Source: a virus
Lineage: Duplodnaviria; Caudoviricetes
Length of the DNA: 29,397 nucleotides
Virus record (IMG/VR): IMGVR_UViG_3300035396_001150
Coordinates: 1 to 29,397 of that record
Strand: one strand, 5' to 3'
Below the pieces are notes generated by a model. That model saw nothing but the letters and a program-made list of their open reading frames with translations. It ran no database searches and had not been told where the DNA came from. Position 1 is the stretch's first letter; the number at the start of each line of letters is the position of its first letter. Shown in pieces: positions 25,263 through 29,397 of the stretch. The position numbers and the translations under genes were made by a program.

Positions 25263-25992
25263 ATTTTTTAGGTTTAATGAATTATTGAAAGAAAAAATTA
25301 ATTTTACATTAACCAGATTTGGTGATGGTGAAATGACAATTCTTTTTAATCAATATGCTAATTTTACTAATAAATTTAATGGGGAATGGGTTTATGACCC
25401 GAATAATGAACATCATCAATTTTTTAGAAATAAATTAATTGAGGCGATTCAATATAAACAAAATGAATATTATATTGGTATAGTTCCACCAAGTTTGGTT
25501 GGGTGGGAGAAACATAATGAAATTAGGAATATATCTGGACAAAATGAAGAAATGCTTACGTTTTGTACTGTTTATATGAGAAGTAATTACAATTTGTTTT
25601 TAGAATACACATATCCGCTATTAAAAAATTATGAAATTATTGGTGTCTTTCACAATAATGCAAATTTTAGTGATTTGGATTTTCAAATAAAAAAATTGTT
25701 TTCAGTAGGAGTTAATGCATGGATGACAGATTATTATTTAACTGATGAAATTCCAAAATACATTAGAGAAAATAAAATAAAAAATCATTTATTTTTATTT
25801 GCAGCAGGACCTTTAGCACCAATTTTAATTAAGGAATGTCATATGGTTGAACCTGAAAACTCATATATAAATATTGGCTCGACAATGGACATGTTGGTTG
25901 GTTTAGGTGGAACAAGGCATTATTTGCGTGGTGAAGCAAATGAAAATATAAATATGGATGATTGGTATGGTGATAAAATGTTACGAATATGA
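25237..25992 (+). CDS. Second GT-D fold (DUF1792-like) glycosyltransferase
   Basis: FTLTRFGDGE, YYIGI, LFLFAAGPLA and YINIGS; clear paralog of 21970..22695. ATG 25237 preferred. Confidence 0.75.
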   Translation: MSIKTFQSEFFRFNELLKEKINFTLTRFGDGEMTILFNQYANFTNKFNGEWVYDPNNEHHQFFRNKLIEAIQYKQNEYYIGIVPPSLVGWEKHNEIRNISGQNEEMLTFCTVYMRSNYNLFLEYTYPLLKNYEIIGVFHNNANFSDLDFQIKKLFSVGVNAWMTDYYLTDEIPKYIRENKIKNHLFLFAAGPLAPILIKECHMVEPENSYINIGSTMDMLVGLGGTRHYLRGEANENINMDDWYGDKMLRI

Positions 25993-26552
25993 AAACAAAT
26001 GTATTTTTGGATTGTGGTGGTCATTATGGTGAAGGTTTAAGAGAATTTATTGAAATGTATAAAATCAATAATGAATGGATAGTTGAAACGTTTGAACCCA
26101 ATCCTGAATGTCGTTATAATGAAAAAATTTCTGACGTTAAATTAAGTAATTTAATATTACATAATAAGGCTGTGTGGATATTTGACGGTAATATTAATTT
26201 TTCTGTGGAAAATCTTGAAATATGGCATGACAATGATGAGTCAGTCATCACCGAATTAAATTCTACACATTTAACTCGTACAAAAAAACCAATTTTAGTG
26301 GAATGTGTAGATTTTCATAAAATATTATTAAAATACCCTAAAGATGAATTTAATGTAATTGTTAAATTAGATATTGAGGGAGCAGAATATAGGGTATTAA
26401 GACACGTAATTGCATCTGGTTCGGCAATAAACATCACCAAATTGTTTGTTGAATGGCATCACGTTGATTTGACTAATGAAAATCAAGATACCACAAATAA
26501 TTTAATTAACACATTGACCATGATTGGTGTAAATGTAAATAATTGGAAATAA
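25989..26552 (+). CDS. FkbM-like methyltransferase
   Basis: VFLDCGGHYG, FEPNP, NKAVW, VKLDIEGAEY and FVEWH. Confidence 0.85.
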   Translation: MKTNVFLDCGGHYGEGLREFIEMYKINNEWIVETFEPNPECRYNEKISDVKLSNLILHNKAVWIFDGNINFSVENLEIWHDNDESVITELNSTHLTRTKKPILVECVDFHKILLKYPKDEFNVIVKLDIEGAEYRVLRHVIASGSAINITKLFVEWHHVDLTNENQDTTNNLINTLTMIGVNVNNWK

Positions 26553-27319
26553 TGAAATTTGCAACACACATAGTATTGTTTGGTCAAGACAAGTGGATTA
26601 TGAAAAACATTGAAAATTCATATTCACATGTTGATAAAATATATATTGCATATAGTGACAAACCTTGGGCATATAATCCAAAAGCACGTGATGAATATAA
26701 AAATTCGTTTGATTTAAATCTCATTAAGAATTCAAAATTTTATGATAAAATTACAATAATTATTGGAGATTGGCTTACTGAGGAAGACCAAAGAAATGCG
26801 TGTGTAAATAGAGCAAAAGTGGATGGTATTGATTATCTTATGATTCATGATGCTGATGAATTTTATTTTCATAATGATTTTGAGAAAATAAAAAACTTTA
26901 TTATTGATAATCCAAATTATGATATATATACCTGTGGTTGGATTAGTTTTTGGAAATCATTTAACTATATTACAGTTCCACAGTCATTAGATAAAATCAT
27001 TGGTAATCCTCAGATATTTATAAACTTGAAAAATGGTACGAGTTTCGAGAGAAAAAGAAAACCAGTCGGAAATAAAATAATAAATATTCCAGATATTATT
27101 TGTTTTCATGCATCATACGTGCTCTCAAATTTAGAACTTTATGAGAAATTAAAGACTTGGGGTCATCACAATGATTTTAATGTTGATGTGTGGTATAACG
27201 ATATTTGGTTAAAATGGCATCCAGATATGATTAATATGCATCCAATAAACCCTTCTGCTTGGTATAAAGCAATTGAATTTAATGATAAATTACCTGAAGT
27301 ATTAAACGATTTAAACTAA
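26552..27319 (+). CDS. Putative glycosyltransferase (GT-A, family 2-like), related to 20418..21236
   Basis: EEDQRN, YLMIHDADEFY (DxD) and FHASYV; ATG 26552 overlaps the previous stop. Confidence 0.75.
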   Translation: MKFATHIVLFGQDKWIMKNIENSYSHVDKIYIAYSDKPWAYNPKARDEYKNSFDLNLIKNSKFYDKITIIIGDWLTEEDQRNACVNRAKVDGIDYLMIHDADEFYFHNDFEKIKNFIIDNPNYDIYTCGWISFWKSFNYITVPQSLDKIIGNPQIFINLKNGTSFERKRKPVGNKIINIPDIICFHASYVLSNLELYEKLKTWGHHNDFNVDVWYNDIWLKWHPDMINMHPINPSAWYKAIEFNDKLPEVLNDLN

Positions 27320-28335
27320 TGATATTATTAGCATACGGAACACGACCAGAATACATTAAACTCAAGTCACTAATTCATGAGTTTGATATCAATAACTATC
27401 CATATAAAACACTATTTACTGGACAACATAAGGATTTATTAAAAGAATTACATCCAGATTTCACAATTAATATTCATGAATTTGTTGATGGAAATAGATT
27501 GGATGCTATTGTGGCATCTATACTTGATTTTTTCTCAATAACAAAAGGTGCTCTTGATGGAATTACACATGTTTTAGTACAAGGCGATACAACTTCAGCA
27601 ATGGCAGTTGCACTTACCGCATTCCATCATGGAATTAAAGTAATTCACTTAGAAGCAGGACTTCGAACATATGATAGAAAAAATCCATATCCAGAAGAAA
27701 TTAATCGGAAGTTAATATCACAAATAGCTGATATTCATTTATGTCCAACAGAAGCTAATAGAAATAATTTATGGTTTGAAAAAATTATTCATGATAATAT
27801 TTACGTTGTTGGAAACACTGTTGTAGATAACCTATTTCCATATAAGAAAAATTGTGAATATACTGATAAGATACTAATTACACTACATAGGCGTGAAAAT
27901 CATCATTGGCTTGACCAGTGGTTTATTGAAATAAATAAATTGGCAGAACAATTTCCACAATATGAATTTATTTTACCAATACATCCTAATCCTAATGTGC
28001 AAAAACATAGACATTTATTGAAGAACGTTAAGGTTATCGACCCATTACCATATGAAGAAATGCTTAATCTTTTAGTGAAAACGAGGTTGGTGATTACTGA
28101 TAGTGGTGGATTACAAGAAGAAAGTAGTTTTTTTAATAAAAAATGTTTAACTTGCAGAATTATTACCGAAAGACCAGAGGCAATTGGGCAAAGCACGTTT
28201 ATGGTAGAATCACCAATGGTATTACATGAGATATTTAATTACCATATCGATGATTATGAAATTGATTTTATTAGTCCTTTTGGTGACGGACATTCGGCAG
28301 AAAAAATTTACCAAATATTAAAAAAAATTAAATAA
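27319..28335 (+). CDS. wecB: UDP-N-acetylglucosamine 2-epimerase (non-hydrolysing)
   Basis: GTRPEYIK, TGQH, VQGDT, HLEAGLR, PEEINR, TLHRREN, TDSGGLQEE, TERPE and PFGDG. Confidence 0.95.
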   Translation: MILLAYGTRPEYIKLKSLIHEFDINNYPYKTLFTGQHKDLLKELHPDFTINIHEFVDGNRLDAIVASILDFFSITKGALDGITHVLVQGDTTSAMAVALTAFHHGIKVIHLEAGLRTYDRKNPYPEEINRKLISQIADIHLCPTEANRNNLWFEKIIHDNIYVVGNTVVDNLFPYKKNCEYTDKILITLHRRENHHWLDQWFIEINKLAEQFPQYEFILPIHPNPNVQKHRHLLKNVKVIDPLPYEEMLNLLVKTRLVITDSGGLQEESSFFNKKCLTCRIITERPEAIGQSTFMVESPMVLHEIFNYHIDDYEIDFISPFGDGHSAEKIYQILKKIK

Positions 28336-28340
28336 GTGCA

Positions 28341-29087
28341 ATGGCAAAGAAAAACAAGAAAATCGTTGAACATAAGGTAGAAGCCGAACCAATAAATTTA
28401 TCTGTTGTTCAAATTCAGATTGAATACAATAATGAATTAACTCAGTTATATGCATATCCAAATGATATTATGACAAATATGATATTATTTGGAAAGTTTT
28501 TTGCTGAACCCAAATTTTACGAACAGAATATTTTAGAATATATTCGTGGAAAATTTAGTAGTGGTGGAACAGCATTAGATATTGGTGCAAATATTGGAAA
28601 TCATTCAATGTTTTTTAGTAAATTCATTTTTGATAAGACAATATCGTTTGAAGCAAATTATAGAAATTTCGCTGTTTTATGTAAGAATAAGGAATTGAAT
28701 AATATCAGTGACGATAAATTAGAACTACATCAAGTTGCATTATCAGATGGTGAATATAAGTATAGTTTTCTTGAATATCAGGATAATATGGGTGGCACTA
28801 AGGTTGTTGAGGGTGATGTTGGCGAAATTCTAACAGCCAAGATTGACAGTTTCAATCTACCAAAAGTTGACTTCATTAAATTGGATGTCGAAGGTCATGA
28901 GGTTAAGGTATTAAAAGGTGCTATCGATTTAATTAAAAGAGATTCACCTGATATTATGGTTGAATGTAATATACATGAAGAATCGAGTTTTAAAAATGTT
29001 AATCAGTATATGGAAAGTATCGATTATCATTTAATTGATGTGTTTAGAGATAATCAAATGTTTTATTACGAGCACAAGAATAAATAA
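28341..29087 (+). CDS. FkbM-family methyltransferase, close paralog of 24606..25262
   Basis: ALDIGANIGNHSMFFSKFIF and IKLDVEGHEVKVLKGA. Confidence 0.9.
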   Translation: MAKKNKKIVEHKVEAEPINLSVVQIQIEYNNELTQLYAYPNDIMTNMILFGKFFAEPKFYEQNILEYIRGKFSSGGTALDIGANIGNHSMFFSKFIFDKTISFEANYRNFAVLCKNKELNNISDDKLELHQVALSDGEYKYSFLEYQDNMGGTKVVEGDVGEILTAKIDSFNLPKVDFIKLDVEGHEVKVLKGAIDLIKRDSPDIMVECNIHEESSFKNVNQYMESIDYHLIDVFRDNQMFYYEHKNK

Positions 29088-29088
29088 T

Positions 29089-29397
29089 ATGAAAATAGCT
29101 AACGTTGTTTACGACAAAGAATTGGTAAATCATACTGTGGTTGAATATGTTAATTATTATTCAGAACCAATCGAGTACGATAAACTCGATAAGACCTTGC
29201 CAACACTTTATGTGGGTTGGTCATTCATGAAAGCCTGTAATCCCAACAACGAAATCTTTCAAAACGCTGATATATTAAAGAAGAAGATAATTACCAATGA
29301 ATTGTATTGGGAATTTAGCTTTGAAGAAAGCAAAGCATCACATGTTAAAGGAGTTGACACCTTTGCAGGTTTAGCACCACAATTTTATTTCACACCA
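29089..29397 (+). CDS. Hypothetical protein, 3' truncated by window edge
   Basis: ATG 29089 opens a frame with no stop to the end (103 codons: MKIANVVYDKELVN...LPTLYVGW...LYWEFSFEE...). Confidence 0.8.
   Translation, partial: MKIANVVYDKELVNHTVVEYVNYYSEPIEYDKLDKTLPTLYVGWSFMKACNPNNEIFQNADILKKKIITNELYWEFSFEESKASHVKGVDTFAGLAPQFYFTP

Noticed and set aside
155-28196. Short antisense or alternate-frame ORFs (e.g. 155..361, 297..557, 3742..4026, 5037..5453, 10153..10470, 13962..14231, 17640..17939, 27903..28196)
   Set aside because: They lie within or across well-supported genes and look like shadow frames.
1-29397. Alternative genetic code (TAG or TGA reassignment), as in some large Bacteroidota phages
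   Set aside because: Genes are full length and tightly packed under code 11; TGA serves as a normal stop in overlaps, and reading through the TAG at 12149 adds only a short meaningless tail.
1-29397. tRNA, rRNA, intron, intein, integrase or transposase
   Set aside because: None recognised by eye; most intergenic gaps are too short, and the 14911-15312 gap shows no cloverleaf or T-loop motif.

Overview
AT-rich segment of a large tailed dsDNA phage with a contractile (myovirus-type) tail. The host is most likely Bacteroidota, judged from TTG-N18-20-TAnnTTTG promoters and A-rich leaders without Shine-Dalgarno sites. Plus-strand tail genes are sheath (partial), an acidic protein, tube, a gp26-like tail chaperone with a probable -1 frameshift extension, tape measure, a 1086-aa tube-initiator-like baseplate protein carrying an inserted OmpA-like domain, and a LysM/gp53-like protein. 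A 9.4-kb minus-strand block interrupts them and encodes PhoH, a HAD-like protein, two glycosyltransferases, a putative late sigma factor, a putative Cys peptidase, unknown late proteins, a central spike and a PD-(D/E)XK nuclease. Directly after the baseplate genes is a 10-kb, 13-gene glycan operon: 7 glycosyltransferase-like genes (two with GT-D fold), 5 SAM methyltransferases and UDP-GlcNAc 2-epimerase. A candidate late promoter (A/T)GTATTTAT precedes six structural transcription units. A 400-bp non-coding region with its own promoter and clustered TTRTC motifs is unexplained. All product calls come from motif recognition by eye; no database searches were run.
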